64,000 bases of DNA from an uncultured Candidatus Saccharibacteria bacterium (lineage in GTDB: Bacteria; Patescibacteriota; Saccharimonadia; Saccharimonadales; AWTP1-31). Position 1 is the stretch's first letter; every line of letters starts with the position of its first letter. A program made the position numbers and the translations under genes. Of this stretch, positions 18,874 through 28,734 are shown piece by piece. Under the pieces are notes generated by a model that did not search any database, had not been told where the DNA came from, and worked only from the letters and a program-made list of their open reading frames with translations. The stretch spans positions 1,036 to 65,035 of the forward strand of contig CAZHBD010000002.1 of assembly GCA_964530555.1 (NCBI GenBank), read 5' to 3'.

Positions 18874-20247
18874 TTACTCGTTTTCAATCAAAATACGGTG
18901 TGCTTCGCTAACAACCTGGTTGGCTCGGTCACGATCTACGGCAAAACGTATACTGTGTTCGCCGGGTAACATGTGTGCAGCTTCTTGCCCTTCGCCAAAA
19001 ACGCCAGCCTCAGCTAAGTGGTTTTCCATATATCGCCGTTTCGTTTTGATCTGATAGCCCACGAGTGTAACAAGTGCAAGCTGGGCACTCGTCACTTCAC
19101 CGCCACCATTAACGGCACTACGCAGCAGTTGCTCGGCACGTACGCCATTTTCGTCACCCTGCACAATTACCAGCTCACGGTCTACGCCATCGCCCTCAAT
19201 GCCAATGGTGTTGATACCGGCGTCCGCAACCAGAGAACCATACGAGGCAACCTTGCCTGTAGCTTCATTCATGCCAGGTTCATACACGGCAACGACCGTT
19301 ACATCTCGAATGAGCGAAATTGCCATGACGCGTCCTGTGCGAGCGGGGTCATCTACAATATCGCTGTAGCGCGTTGACTCACCATGTGGATCGAATGTAT
19401 TACGAATAATCGTCGGGATCCCGGTGCCGACGAGTGGGACGATGGCTTCGGGGTGCAATAGTCCCGTACCGTTCATCCCCAGCTCACGACCTTCTTGATA
19501 GGTTAGGTGATTGATGCTTCGAAGACGCGACGGATCGATGAGGCGAGGATCAGCTGATTTGCCTGGCGTATCAGTCATGTTGTGATACTCGCTTGCGCCA
19601 ACACCATAGGCTGCAAGCGCGCCACTAATGTCAGAGCCGCCACGATCAAAGGTGCGCAGGTGCTGGCCATCAAACCACATGTTGCCACCTAACACGTGTC
19701 GTTCGGAAGGTTGGGCTGTTTGCTCCAGCCAGCTGCGCCACGTCGCTTTGTCGCGGGGCAGGAGAGGGGAGGGGGCACGGCTCGGTTCGAGAAGTCGGTA
19801 ACCCAGAGCCTGGTAAATCTCGGCTTGCAGTTGCTCGCCAAGCATCGACGCATAGTCTTCGCCTTGTTTTACGACCAGCTCCACACGTGGAGCAATATCA
19901 CGAAGCCAACCAGTACCGCGTAGAGGCAGCTCAAGTCCGTGCACGATCTGTGCATAGCGAGCGGTAATCGACTGAATTGTTTCGCCGCTGACCTGTCCAT
20001 TTTGTCGAAACTCGCCCAAGGCGCCCGGTATGTCGTTGTTGCCAATCAATTGTTCAGTGATCTTATGCGCCAGCAGAGCCGGGTCTCCCGCGTAGTACTG
20101 GCTAAACTCTGCTACTTGTTCTGTTGTGAGTTTGCCAGGCGCAGACACAACCGTGACCAGACTGTCAGAAGTCAGCTCGTTGCACTGTGCAACGGCTTCG
20201 GCTGTGGCATTTGATGTGCCTCCAAATTTTGAAACGATTTCTAACAT
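18874..20247 (-). CDS. amino-acid kinase family protein, probable aspartate kinase with C-terminal ACT-like region
   Basis: N-terminal KFGGTS motif (EIVSKFGGTSNA) and VVSAPG. About 457 aa. Confidence 0.5.
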   Translation of the reverse strand: MLEIVSKFGGTSNATAEAVAQCNELTSDSLVTVVSAPGKLTTEQVAEFSQYYAGDPALLAHKITEQLIGNNDIPGALGEFRQNGQVSGETIQSITARYAQIVHGLELPLRGTGWLRDIAPRVELVVKQGEDYASMLGEQLQAEIYQALGYRLLEPSRAPSPLLPRDKATWRSWLEQTAQPSERHVLGGNMWFDGQHLRTFDRGGSDISGALAAYGVGASEYHNMTDTPGKSADPRLIDPSRLRSINHLTYQEGRELGMNGTGLLHPEAIVPLVGTGIPTIIRNTFDPHGESTRYSDIVDDPARTGRVMAISLIRDVTVVAVYEPGMNEATGKVASYGSLVADAGINTIGIEGDGVDRELVIVQGDENGVRAEQLLRSAVNGGGEVTSAQLALVTLVGYQIKTKRRYMENHLAEAGVFGEGQEAAHMLPGEHSIRFAVDRDRANQVVSEAHRILIENE

Positions 20248-20433
20248 TATTTCTCCTGATAGTTACTGACAATAAAAAAGCCCCTCAGTTGAGGGGCCAG
20301 TTGCTTCGTTAATTCTTAGGCATTAGCAAAGCAAGACCCCAACGTGGCCTTCTTTGACTTAGTCTCCAAAATGTGTGCTATGCATACCATGGTGCGACAA
20401 GTGTAGCCCTTGCAGTGCACAATGTCAAGGTTG

Positions 20434-21954
20434 CTAGTCTTTATCGATCAGTGGGCCAATCTGGAAAGGACCAGTAGGTTTGGTGATGCTCGGGGTGTCG
20501 GCTGCCTCGCCACGATAAATAGATTTGGCTCGTTCACGAGCAACATTGTATGACTGCCAAGTGCTCTGTTCGCCGAATGCCCTCGATGTTTGATAGTAAA
20601 GTAGGGAATTAATACTTCGTTGTAACTTGAGGTCGCTACTATGTAGTTGTTGAGCAATGACAGGAGTGGCGTCTGCAGACAGGCTATCCAGATACCCTAT
20701 ATCGAGCTTGCCAGTTTGATAATAGCGGCCAATATTGTGGCGAGCAATCCATGCGTCAGGATTAAGCACATTCAGGACCGCGACAAACACCAAGCCGGTT
20801 AGGAAAATATACCGAGCAAACGAACGTTCTTGCTCGCGCAAAATTTGAACCAGCAGCAAGACAAACAATATCGCCAGCCAACCTATGAATACGTGGCTGT
20901 AGAGACGTAATTCGGTAAAACCATAGGCCTGCTCGTAGAGTGAAAGCCGGCGTGAAGCTGACAGCATGATCAGAAATGTCTCGATCACCAAACTGCCACT
21001 GAGCCACATGAACAGGACCCTATGTTGCAGGCTACGACGGGCAGTTGCTCGACTCAAAATGAGGATAAGTCCCAATGATATGATGGCCACAATAATGAGT
21101 TCAAAAAATCCACGGCGCGCATACTCGGCGTAGGTGTAGCCGCCGCTAACAACCTTATCGACTCCGCCAAACAAATAAGTAACTTGGATCAGTACAAAGA
21201 TAAAGAACAACAATGCGACTGACCCCAAAATAATACTGGCCTCAGTGGTGCCGAGTTGTTGCTGCCAGCCAGAAGTGGTGGGTGCGGGTTCTGGCTTACG
21301 ACGTCGAAACATGAGTGCGAGGGCTCCTAGCGACAGGCCGCTTGCCGAGCCAATAACAATGAGCTGAGCTACAAATGTAGCTGGCAAGTTCCATTCAAAA
21401 ATCGAAAAGATAGAACTGACGTAGTGCCCAAAGACAAGGTCGGCCGATGAAAACAGCAGCCCAAAGATCAATAAAATAGGCAAGCTTAACAGAATTCCAC
21501 GAATAATTGGTGCACTGTTGTTGCCACGTTTTGTAGCAATTTTGGGAATTGGGTCGGGTTCAAAAAATGCAAAGAACTCTGTCAGCATGGCCAGCGGGGT
21601 ACGAAAAACTATTCGAAAGAAGTACTGGCTTGAGAGCTGACGCCAAGATTGTTTATTGGTTATTTCATGTACCATCAGCAGCAGCAAATATGCAACAACG
21701 GCGATATTCAGAAAGGCTAGCAAAGGGCTTGCACGGAGGAATAGCAGGCTTGAAAATGCTAGGGCGCCCAGCCCCAGTAACCGCAGGTCTTGTGTAGGAC
21801 GTTGTCTGGTCTGCCGCAAGAAGAAGGACAGGCTAGCCAGAAGGACGACTGTAAATACAACTGCCGACACGCCGATGGTCTTATCAAAAAAGAGCCCGTC
21901 GAAAACTACTCCCACCAGAAGTGCTGCAACTACGAGTGGTAGTTTTCGCTTCAT
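20434..21954 (-). CDS. polytopic integral membrane protein of unknown function
   Basis: More than 10 predicted TM helices. No soluble domain. Confidence 0.5.
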   Translation of the reverse strand: MKRKLPLVVAALLVGVVFDGLFFDKTIGVSAVVFTVVLLASLSFFLRQTRQRPTQDLRLLGLGALAFSSLLFLRASPLLAFLNIAVVAYLLLLMVHEITNKQSWRQLSSQYFFRIVFRTPLAMLTEFFAFFEPDPIPKIATKRGNNSAPIIRGILLSLPILLIFGLLFSSADLVFGHYVSSIFSIFEWNLPATFVAQLIVIGSASGLSLGALALMFRRRKPEPAPTTSGWQQQLGTTEASIILGSVALLFFIFVLIQVTYLFGGVDKVVSGGYTYAEYARRGFFELIIVAIISLGLILILSRATARRSLQHRVLFMWLSGSLVIETFLIMLSASRRLSLYEQAYGFTELRLYSHVFIGWLAILFVLLLVQILREQERSFARYIFLTGLVFVAVLNVLNPDAWIARHNIGRYYQTGKLDIGYLDSLSADATPVIAQQLHSSDLKLQRSINSLLYYQTSRAFGEQSTWQSYNVARERAKSIYRGEAADTPSITKPTGPFQIGPLIDKD

Positions 21955-22023
21955 GTACCCAAATTATACCATTCGGTGCAAAAGACTTTACTTGTACAAA
22001 TGGTTGTGGCAATCTTTGGATAG

Positions 22024-22989
22024 ATGCTCAGCACGTTGCCATCACCGGCTGCAAGCGAGTTGCCACCCTTAAGCGGGCTGAATGATAAGGCCCGAGTTGA
22101 TCTGACCCGACAGGAGTTTTTGGCTATCGATCCACCAGGGCCGTATGAAGTCGATGATGCTATCTACGTGCACCGTGAGCGGCGGACGGGTAATTTCTTA
22201 GTACAAGTTGCTGTAGCCGATGGTGCCCAATTGGCTCAGCCAGGTGTATTGCAGCGGGCTATTTCTCGCGGCGAAAATATTTATGCATCGCAGCGCCTGA
22301 TTCAGCGAATCTTGCCTCACGGATTGGTGAAAAAGTTAGAGCTGCGTAACGCCGAAATTTATCGTGCACTGGTTATCTCGACTCGTTATGATGCCGATGC
22401 CGAACTTATTCCCGAAAGTACTGAGCTGCTGCCAGCCTGGGTGCGCGTGCGAGATATGACCTATGCCCAGTTTGGCGAAGACTTTTTGAGCTCCTGGCGT
22501 TGGCGGCTGCGCGAACACCCAACCGTTGCCTTTCACGGAGCCTATCGACGACGGCGTGCTGACGAGTCGGGTAAGCTTGACGGGGTCCGAACGGAAAAAG
22601 GCGCCATGTACCTGGTGTCCACCCACATGGCGGTTGCCAATATGGCCGTATCGCGATGGGCAGCAGCCAACGGTGTTCGAATCTTACATCGCAACTTTCC
22701 GCCAATGGGCGACGAAGCGGTGGTTATGCGACGGGATGAACAAGGACGTTTGGTTCCTTGTGCCTGGTACTCGCCACGTCTCGTTGGGCATTCAGGTATC
22801 TTAGGGGCTTTTGGCCAAGATGCTACGCCGTATTCTCATACTACCTCGCCGTTACGACGAGCAGCAGATTTGATCAATCATATACAACTGGGGAATGTTT
22901 TGGCTGGTAAGGAGGTGCCATATTCAGAGCGCGCCCTCGAATCGATTGGCAGCCACCTCAATGCGGTTGTCAGACAAGACGCCGCGTGA
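22024..22989 (+). CDS. stand-alone RNB-domain protein (RNase II/R family catalytic domain)
   Basis: RNB motif I-like LAIDPPGPYEVDDAIYV and motif IV-like YSHTTSPLRRAADLINH. Only 321 aa, so it lacks the cold-shock and S1 domains. Confidence 0.55.
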   Translation: MLSTLPSPAASELPPLSGLNDKARVDLTRQEFLAIDPPGPYEVDDAIYVHRERRTGNFLVQVAVADGAQLAQPGVLQRAISRGENIYASQRLIQRILPHGLVKKLELRNAEIYRALVISTRYDADAELIPESTELLPAWVRVRDMTYAQFGEDFLSSWRWRLREHPTVAFHGAYRRRRADESGKLDGVRTEKGAMYLVSTHMAVANMAVSRWAAANGVRILHRNFPPMGDEAVVMRRDEQGRLVPCAWYSPRLVGHSGILGAFGQDATPYSHTTSPLRRAADLINHIQLGNVLAGKEVPYSERALESIGSHLNAVVRQDAA

Positions 22990-23532
22990 TCATTCTTTTT
23001 CTAATAGTTCCAGCAGCTTGAGCGTAGTGTTGTAGTTACGAATGGTCATCTTTTTATACACTGGATTGCTGGCCAGTTTGCCGGTGGTGGTTCTGCCAAA
23101 CAGTTTTAGGCTCATTGATTGGTATAAAACCCCATCGCCGGCCGTCATTGCTTCGATATCAGGTTTCAGGTCACCGACCGCTGCAGTAACATTTTGCATA
23201 GGAACCGGTTCAAGCATAATTAACAAGTTATGTTTCCAGGACTTATCTTGTCCCCAAGTTTTTGGCGCGGCTTTTACAATCGCACGCCATTCATTCGCCA
23301 CAAAGATCGCCACCTGCACCGGCAACTTGAAGGATCTTTGGATCGCTTTTTCGACATCGAATTTTAGCTGGGCCTTATCTGTTTCGGTTGTTTCAAAAAT
23401 AACATTGCCGCTTTGAATGTAGGTACGTACGTTGCTGTAACCAGCTGCTTCAAAACAAGCTTTTAGGTCGGCCATTTTTATCATGGCCTTGCCGCCAACA
23501 TTTATGCCGCGGAGGAGGGCAAGGTAAGTCAT
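22990..23532 (-). CDS. DUF1697 family protein
   Basis: N-terminal MTYLALLRGINVGGK signature. The start is trimmed to the ATG that overlaps the upstream stop (ATGA). Confidence 0.6.
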   Translation of the reverse strand: MTYLALLRGINVGGKAMIKMADLKACFEAAGYSNVRTYIQSGNVIFETTETDKAQLKFDVEKAIQRSFKLPVQVAIFVANEWRAIVKAAPKTWGQDKSWKHNLLIMLEPVPMQNVTAAVGDLKPDIEAMTAGDGVLYQSMSLKLFGRTTTGKLASNPVYKKMTIRNYNTTLKLLELLEKE

Positions 23533-24239
23533 GCTTTCACCTCTCCTGAGGTCGGTTTTTGTAGCACAACCCAAAAGTTCGTTGCCGTACCGTCTCTTCC
23601 GAGCTTGTGTGCAGGTTTATTGATGGTCCGCAGTTCAACAACTGTGAACGGTTTGTAGAATTCTCGTAGTTCAGCTTCGGTGTAATCTTTTTGAAACTTT
23701 CCGTTTTGCGGCCAGATAGTGCTGTTCGGTTCGCTGCCCGGATGAGTTGCGATTAATTCCCTTTCCCATTCGTCATCTGCTGAACAGACGCTTACAAGTG
23801 CAAACCCCCCTGGCTTAAGTGTGCGGAGCATTTCGTCACGATATTTTTGGCGGCCAGCTTTGGTTTCGATGTCAATACTTGAGAATGAGTCAACTGCAAC
23901 ATCAAAATAGTTATCGTCAAAAGGCCAAGGCGCATCGATTTCAGTGTTGAGAAATGTTACGCCGTCACTGACGTTTGCTTGTTTAGTCATAGCTTCAGCG
24001 TGGACTATGGCTGGTTCGATGTACTCCAGTCCTGTTACTGTGAAACCAAGTTTTGCAAAATGGATGCTGTTCCTCCCCTTGCCGGAGCCAATATCAACAG
24101 CTTTGCCGCTAGTGATCCCATGCTCTTTTAGCCACTCCGCAAAGGTTATTACCCCACTTGCCGCAAGCTCATTAGCCATGGTGGGCAGTGTGCTGCCTTT
24201 GCTGTGTTCTTCAAGCCATATTTTCTTCTGTTGTCGCAT
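23529..24239 (-). CDS. class I SAM-dependent methyltransferase
   Basis: Motif I VDIGSGKGRNSIHFAKLG. The start is trimmed to ATG 24239 (MRQQKK...) because the longer ORF runs through tRNA-His. Confidence 0.6.
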   Translation of the reverse strand: MRQQKKIWLEEHSKGSTLPTMANELAASGVITFAEWLKEHGITSGKAVDIGSGKGRNSIHFAKLGFTVTGLEYIEPAIVHAEAMTKQANVSDGVTFLNTEIDAPWPFDDNYFDVAVDSFSSIDIETKAGRQKYRDEMLRTLKPGGFALVSVCSADDEWERELIATHPGSEPNSTIWPQNGKFQKDYTEAELREFYKPFTVVELRTINKPAHKLGRDGTATNFWVVLQKPTSGEVKA

Positions 24240-24288
24240 GTGTATAGCATAACAAAAGACTCCCTCAAGGGAGCCTTGTTTTTCTATG

Positions 24289-24366
24289 TGGGGCGAATGA
24301 TGGGATTTGAACCCACGGCCTCCGGAGCCACAATCCAGCGCTCTAACCAACTGAGCTACATCCGCC
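24289..24366 (-). tRNA. tRNA-His (anticodon GTG)
   Basis: Extra 5' G-1, anticodon loop TTGTGGC, T-loop GGTTCAAATCC and an encoded CCA. Confidence 0.9.
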
Positions 24367-24381
24367 ACGTCGGCATGTGAT

Positions 24382-24482
24382 GATACATTTGCCAAGCTGC
24401 CGACAAAACAAGTTTGCTCAACAGCAGTACCAAATGTATCAAGCTGCCTCCTCTTCTCCAAGTTGAATCCCCTCAACTTGGA
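24382..24482 (-). ncRNA. second copy of the conserved structured leader element, upstream of tRNA-His
   Basis: Same hairpin CCAAGTTGAGGGGATTCAACTTGG, then GAGAAGAGGAGG, then a nested hairpin with the conserved inner GCTG..GAGCAAACTYGTTTT. It ends 15 nt before the tRNA, compared with 14 nt in the tRNA-Pro copy. A -10 box (CGTATAATC) followed by CCCCTGTTA lies upstream at about 24590..24610. Confidence 0.5.
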
Positions 24483-24691
24483 GCCACAAGGGAAAAGAGT
24501 AGGAGCGGTCCGCAAAGCGGATGCGGATTTATTCCGCAAGCTCCGTTGAGGAAAACCGTTGGTTGTCCTCAAAAGGCGTCGCCGCTTAACAGGGGTGATT
24601 ATACGGCAAAGTGTTTTAAAAAGCAAAGGGTCGGCCAGCGCACGAAACAGAGGTAGTTATATTGTAAAAACATAAGAAATATGCTAAAATA

Positions 24692-27600
24692 GTGGTTATG
24701 TCTGAAGTGACGCAAGCTCAGCACGCGGAGGCTACGCCATCAGCAAACGAACACACCAGTCCTACTACTGTACATGTAGGGCCTGCTGTTGATTTGCCAG
24801 AAATGCCTGCGACCAGTGTGCTACCAGTCACCACCGAATTAGCTGAGACTACACGTGCCAAAGGTGACATGTTAGATAGTATGAAATGGCTGAAGCGTCT
24901 ACCCATTGACGGAGTAGCTCTGCGCGTGGGCAGCGTCGTAGCGGGTCTCTCGTATGGTACATTTTTCTTGCGAGAGGGCTTTGAAGGCCACATTGCGCTA
25001 ACTGCTGCAACGTTGACGGCTGCGGAGGGAGCAAAACAGATCAGTAAGGTGCGACAGCGCCACAAGTTTGGCAAGCAAGTAGAAGCTACCCAGGAGATGC
25101 AGCACGAAACTGGCTTACCAATCGAAATCTTCCGTACAAAACGAAACAAGCTTTTGGATATGCGGATGTACGTCAGCGACGATCCTGTGACTACCGCTCA
25201 ACTGGCAAAAGAGCTGCAGCTTCTCGAAGACGCTGCCGAAGCTGGAAAAGTTGACAGGGTAACGCTGCCCCTCAGCCGTGTTGTAGACTTTGTCGACCAG
25301 GAAACCCTGGAAGGCGCACAAAGACAGTCACGATGGTTAAAAACAATAAAGGGTTCGCAGCAGATTGCAGACAGAAAAACACAGGCAGTGGAAAGTTTTT
25401 TGTCTGACGATGAGCATGGCGAAGCGGACTCGTATGACGATCAGTTTCTGTTAACGCTCAGCCCAACCGAACTCCATGATTTGCGTGAGCAGGTACAAGT
25501 GGCGAGTCACAACGAACCGCTCGATACAATAATGCGCTTACTCAGTCGTGTGCAGCCGAACCACCCCGCATTAAAAGACTATGAGTTGTTACAGACTCAT
25601 CCAAACGCTACGCGAGATCACCTGAAGCGAACCTTGACCATGGCTATTGAGCGTCGGTTGGATGATGTTTTTGCTGAGCGTCGAGAATACCCTGCGCAAA
25701 CTACCATCCTGAATGCTGACGGTACGAGCGAAACAGCGGATATTAAAATTCCATTAAAAGCTAAAGGATACCTCTCGGGAACGCCAATGGTGGGTCGTGA
25801 TGGGCAGGCCCTGGTCGCCTGGCGCTCGGTGAATTCAAGTTTATTACTGCACAGCACAGGCTTACTTGATGATAAAAAAATCACTGAGGCGCAACTGATA
25901 GAATTGCTTAAAGCAGCTGATCACCTACCCAAAGAGCAGGTTGCGGAGCTATGTGAGCTTGGTGCTTGGCTGTCGCTCGAAGGTCTACTAAAGACAGACT
26001 TTGAACAAGACATGGTTGCCCAAGTTGGCTGGCATAACAACCTTGAGGCTGAATCAGCAGGGATGCCCGGGCTGCAAGAGCGGACGGCTCATCTTTTGTA
26101 TGGTCGTCGATCGCAGCGCAGGGCGGCCGATATACTGCTTACTCCCGAGCGTCGAGGGACTCGAGCGGTACGGACGCTGGGTATTGTTGGGTTGGTGGGC
26201 GGCCTGAGTATGTACACGGGCAGTACGCTGATGCAGATGTTGGTAGATGCATCAGATGAGGCTAATCACAACCTGCAAAAAAGCGGAATTGAATTTCCAA
26301 CTGAACCACAGATTGAGGCACGGTTCGGCCGGGATAGTCCATGGCTGGCTGCTTGGAGCGATCTCGTCGACAAAGAAAACGAATATTGGTATGAGCCGAT
26401 TGGAAAGTTTAGCCGCCAACTGGGCATCAACCCCTACCAGATACCAGTTGATGGTCTTTCGGTTTCGACCAATGCGAACGGCAACATGTCACCGATCTTT
26501 GGGGATCAAAAAGAGTCTAACGTTGGCAACGTACCAACGGGTGGTGAAAATATGCCTGCCTGGTGGATTACGTCGCTTAATGGTCAGACAAGTGAGGGCT
26601 ACTGGGCACAAAGTGGATTTGATTACCTCAATAGTGATGACTTGGTTTGGCTTGACAACTCAACTGAGCTAAAAGATAACGTCCAAGTGTTCAATCTCAG
26701 ACAGCCTGACGAACTGGATATGACCAAACCTATGTTAAAAGTAACGGCCCCTAATGTTACTTGGAATGTAACGGTTGACTCAGAACAGCTGCTCAAAAGT
26801 CCGCCAAAAGAAAATGAACAAGGCTACTATAGTTTGGTTAGTACACCAGTGCTCAGCGGTATGCGTATTGTCGCAGCGGAGGTCTCTGACAAACACGCCG
26901 TTATTAAGTTACTCGTAGATGCAAATGGTCAACAGCAATTAGCAATTAAATCCGATGAGCGACTCGAAGATCTATCATTCTGGCTGGTAAAGGATAAAAC
27001 TGCGCCGCTTATACACCAAACAAAACCTTTCTTTGCAGAAGATCCGATCGATCCCAAAGAGCTAGATAAATCGTGGAAAACGTATCTGGGCCGGCCTTTG
27101 CCAAAGGACCCAGAAAAGACGCTAGAAACCGAAGAACAAGCGATTGCTCACCGTTTTAGGTATGCCTTGACCCCCATCAATCGGGTAGGTGCCATGCAAA
27201 ATGCTCTACGCTTTGTTGACACGGTTTTTGCCAATGAAAGAGCCAACTGCAATGTAGCTAACACTCTGTTAGCGATCAGTAATCCGAAACTAATTATGCC
27301 AGTCGCGGGGTACTTAAACTCAAACACTGACGAGCAAAAACAAAACAATCAGTTCTACTTGTCGTCGCGTGAGTCACATTTGTGGACGGTTGATTCGGCG
27401 GGTGAAATACATGATGCTACGCCGGGGGGAGGTAATACGGGCGATTTCTTCAAAGAAGATTTTGATAACCAAAAACCGCATGAAGACGTGATGCAAAAAC
27501 GGTTAATGCAAACATTGAGCTACCTGAAATATGGGGCTGGGCTACTGATCGCCGAGGAGCTAATCCGTCGGCGAAAACGCATTGCCAAAGGAGCTGGCCG

Positions 27601-27940
27601 GCTCTATGGCAAAGGATTGATAACGGCTATCGATGACGAAGGCCTAGTAGCTGCTCAGGCCGCCTATAACCGTGCGGTATATGGCGATGACGAAGGCAAG
27701 CGAGTATTGACCGACCCATCCGGTCTCATTGCACCTATGCGCGACGAGTATCGGCGCCCGCAGAAGGCCAGCAAACACGCAGTAGCTGAAGCCAAAGAAA
27801 GATTGTCAGAGATAGCGCTAACTAGCAGCCTGAAACGCCTACCTAAACCTACCAAGACGATGAGCAAAACGTTGCGTCGTGATGTCCGTCGGGCACGTAG
27901 AATTGTTCGCGCAATGCGTCGCACTCAACAAAATTCTTAA
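24692..27940 (+). CDS. large (1082 aa) hypothetical protein with one central TM segment
   Basis: A long ORF with a TGCTAAAAT -10-like box upstream. No recognisable catalytic motif. The start is probably at MSEVTQ. Confidence 0.55.
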   Translation: MVMSEVTQAQHAEATPSANEHTSPTTVHVGPAVDLPEMPATSVLPVTTELAETTRAKGDMLDSMKWLKRLPIDGVALRVGSVVAGLSYGTFFLREGFEGHIALTAATLTAAEGAKQISKVRQRHKFGKQVEATQEMQHETGLPIEIFRTKRNKLLDMRMYVSDDPVTTAQLAKELQLLEDAAEAGKVDRVTLPLSRVVDFVDQETLEGAQRQSRWLKTIKGSQQIADRKTQAVESFLSDDEHGEADSYDDQFLLTLSPTELHDLREQVQVASHNEPLDTIMRLLSRVQPNHPALKDYELLQTHPNATRDHLKRTLTMAIERRLDDVFAERREYPAQTTILNADGTSETADIKIPLKAKGYLSGTPMVGRDGQALVAWRSVNSSLLLHSTGLLDDKKITEAQLIELLKAADHLPKEQVAELCELGAWLSLEGLLKTDFEQDMVAQVGWHNNLEAESAGMPGLQERTAHLLYGRRSQRRAADILLTPERRGTRAVRTLGIVGLVGGLSMYTGSTLMQMLVDASDEANHNLQKSGIEFPTEPQIEARFGRDSPWLAAWSDLVDKENEYWYEPIGKFSRQLGINPYQIPVDGLSVSTNANGNMSPIFGDQKESNVGNVPTGGENMPAWWITSLNGQTSEGYWAQSGFDYLNSDDLVWLDNSTELKDNVQVFNLRQPDELDMTKPMLKVTAPNVTWNVTVDSEQLLKSPPKENEQGYYSLVSTPVLSGMRIVAAEVSDKHAVIKLLVDANGQQQLAIKSDERLEDLSFWLVKDKTAPLIHQTKPFFAEDPIDPKELDKSWKTYLGRPLPKDPEKTLETEEQAIAHRFRYALTPINRVGAMQNALRFVDTVFANERANCNVANTLLAISNPKLIMPVAGYLNSNTDEQKQNNQFYLSSRESHLWTVDSAGEIHDATPGGGNTGDFFKEDFDNQKPHEDVMQKRLMQTLSYLKYGAGLLIAEELIRRRKRIAKGAGRLYGKGLITAIDDEGLVAAQAAYNRAVYGDDEGKRVLTDPSGLIAPMRDEYRRPQKASKHAVAEAKERLSEIALTSSLKRLPKPTKTMSKTLRRDVRRARRIVRAMRRTQQNS

Positions 27941-28392
27941 GAGGTTGCTCGTGAGTAGATGATTATGCCGAAACCAATCGCAATGGTGATGAGTAGGCCA
28001 ACAAGTTCAACTACCGAGATCTTCTCTTTAAAGATGAAATAACCCAGCAGTGTCGACAGTACAATAGCTCCTCCAAATACCACTGGCGCGACCACGCCAA
28101 CTTTATTGATTTCATAGCTGCGGTTTATGGCCAGGGTAAACAGCGCGATGGTAATTCCGCCGAGGCCGGCCATAATTATGCCAAAACGATGCCCGTGAAA
28201 GTCTTTTTTCTGTAGGATGGGTACGGAGATCAATAGCGGAACGATCGCTGAAACAGCTGTCATAATTACCGAAACTAACACCGTACTTGCGTTACGAGAG
28301 GCAGCCGTACCAAGCATGATGGTTGCGGTATATAGCAGCATGGCCAGCACGATAAAGAGCATGTGCTCAGTATAGCAATAAACGTTCGACAA
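27937..28392 (-). CDS. small polytopic membrane protein (4 TM; EamA/DMT-like half-transporter?)
   Basis: 151 aa with four hydrophobic helices. Confidence 0.45.
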   Translation of the reverse strand: MSNVYCYTEHMLFIVLAMLLYTATIMLGTAASRNASTVLVSVIMTAVSAIVPLLISVPILQKKDFHGHRFGIIMAGLGGITIALFTLAINRSYEINKVGVVAPVVFGGAIVLSTLLGYFIFKEKISVVELVGLLITIAIGFGIIIYSRATS

Positions 28393-28435
28393 TAATCTAC
28401 GAAGCAGTCGCCACAGAGGTGATAAGTGATTAGTG

Positions 28436-28512
28436 TGGCGCCCCGGGAGGGACTCGAACCCCCGACCTTGAGCTTAGAAGTCTCCTGCTCTATCCAGCTG
28501 AGCTACCAGGGC
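28436..28512 (-). tRNA. tRNA-Arg (anticodon TCT)
   Basis: Acceptor, D-arm and T-arm (GGGGGTTCGAGTCCCTC) are good, with an encoded CCA. The anticodon loop is CTTCTAA. The anticodon stem as I folded it has two mismatches, so the isotype is less certain. Confidence 0.7.
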
Positions 28513-28734
28513 TCGTAGAAGCAAGCTGTTAGCTTAAGTAGACTAACTAATCCGTCCACTTCTGCTTTTTGTTGCTTCTCCTCTTCCCCAAAAAAAGAAT
28601 CACATCTTTTTGGGTTCCCTTTGCCACAAGGGCGATCACTACAATGATCAAGCGTATTATAGCGTATTAATTGGGCAAGTGTTGCAAAATCGCTGACAGG
28701 GGTGCATACTGCGCGGTAGATAAGCGTAAAAGTT

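Noticed and set aside
23529..24626. 365-aa ORF as given in the track for the SAM-methyltransferase
   Set aside because: Its N-terminal 129 codons run antisense straight through tRNA-His (24289..24366) and its promoter-side flank. The coding region is trimmed to the ATG at 24239 (alternative start at 24176).
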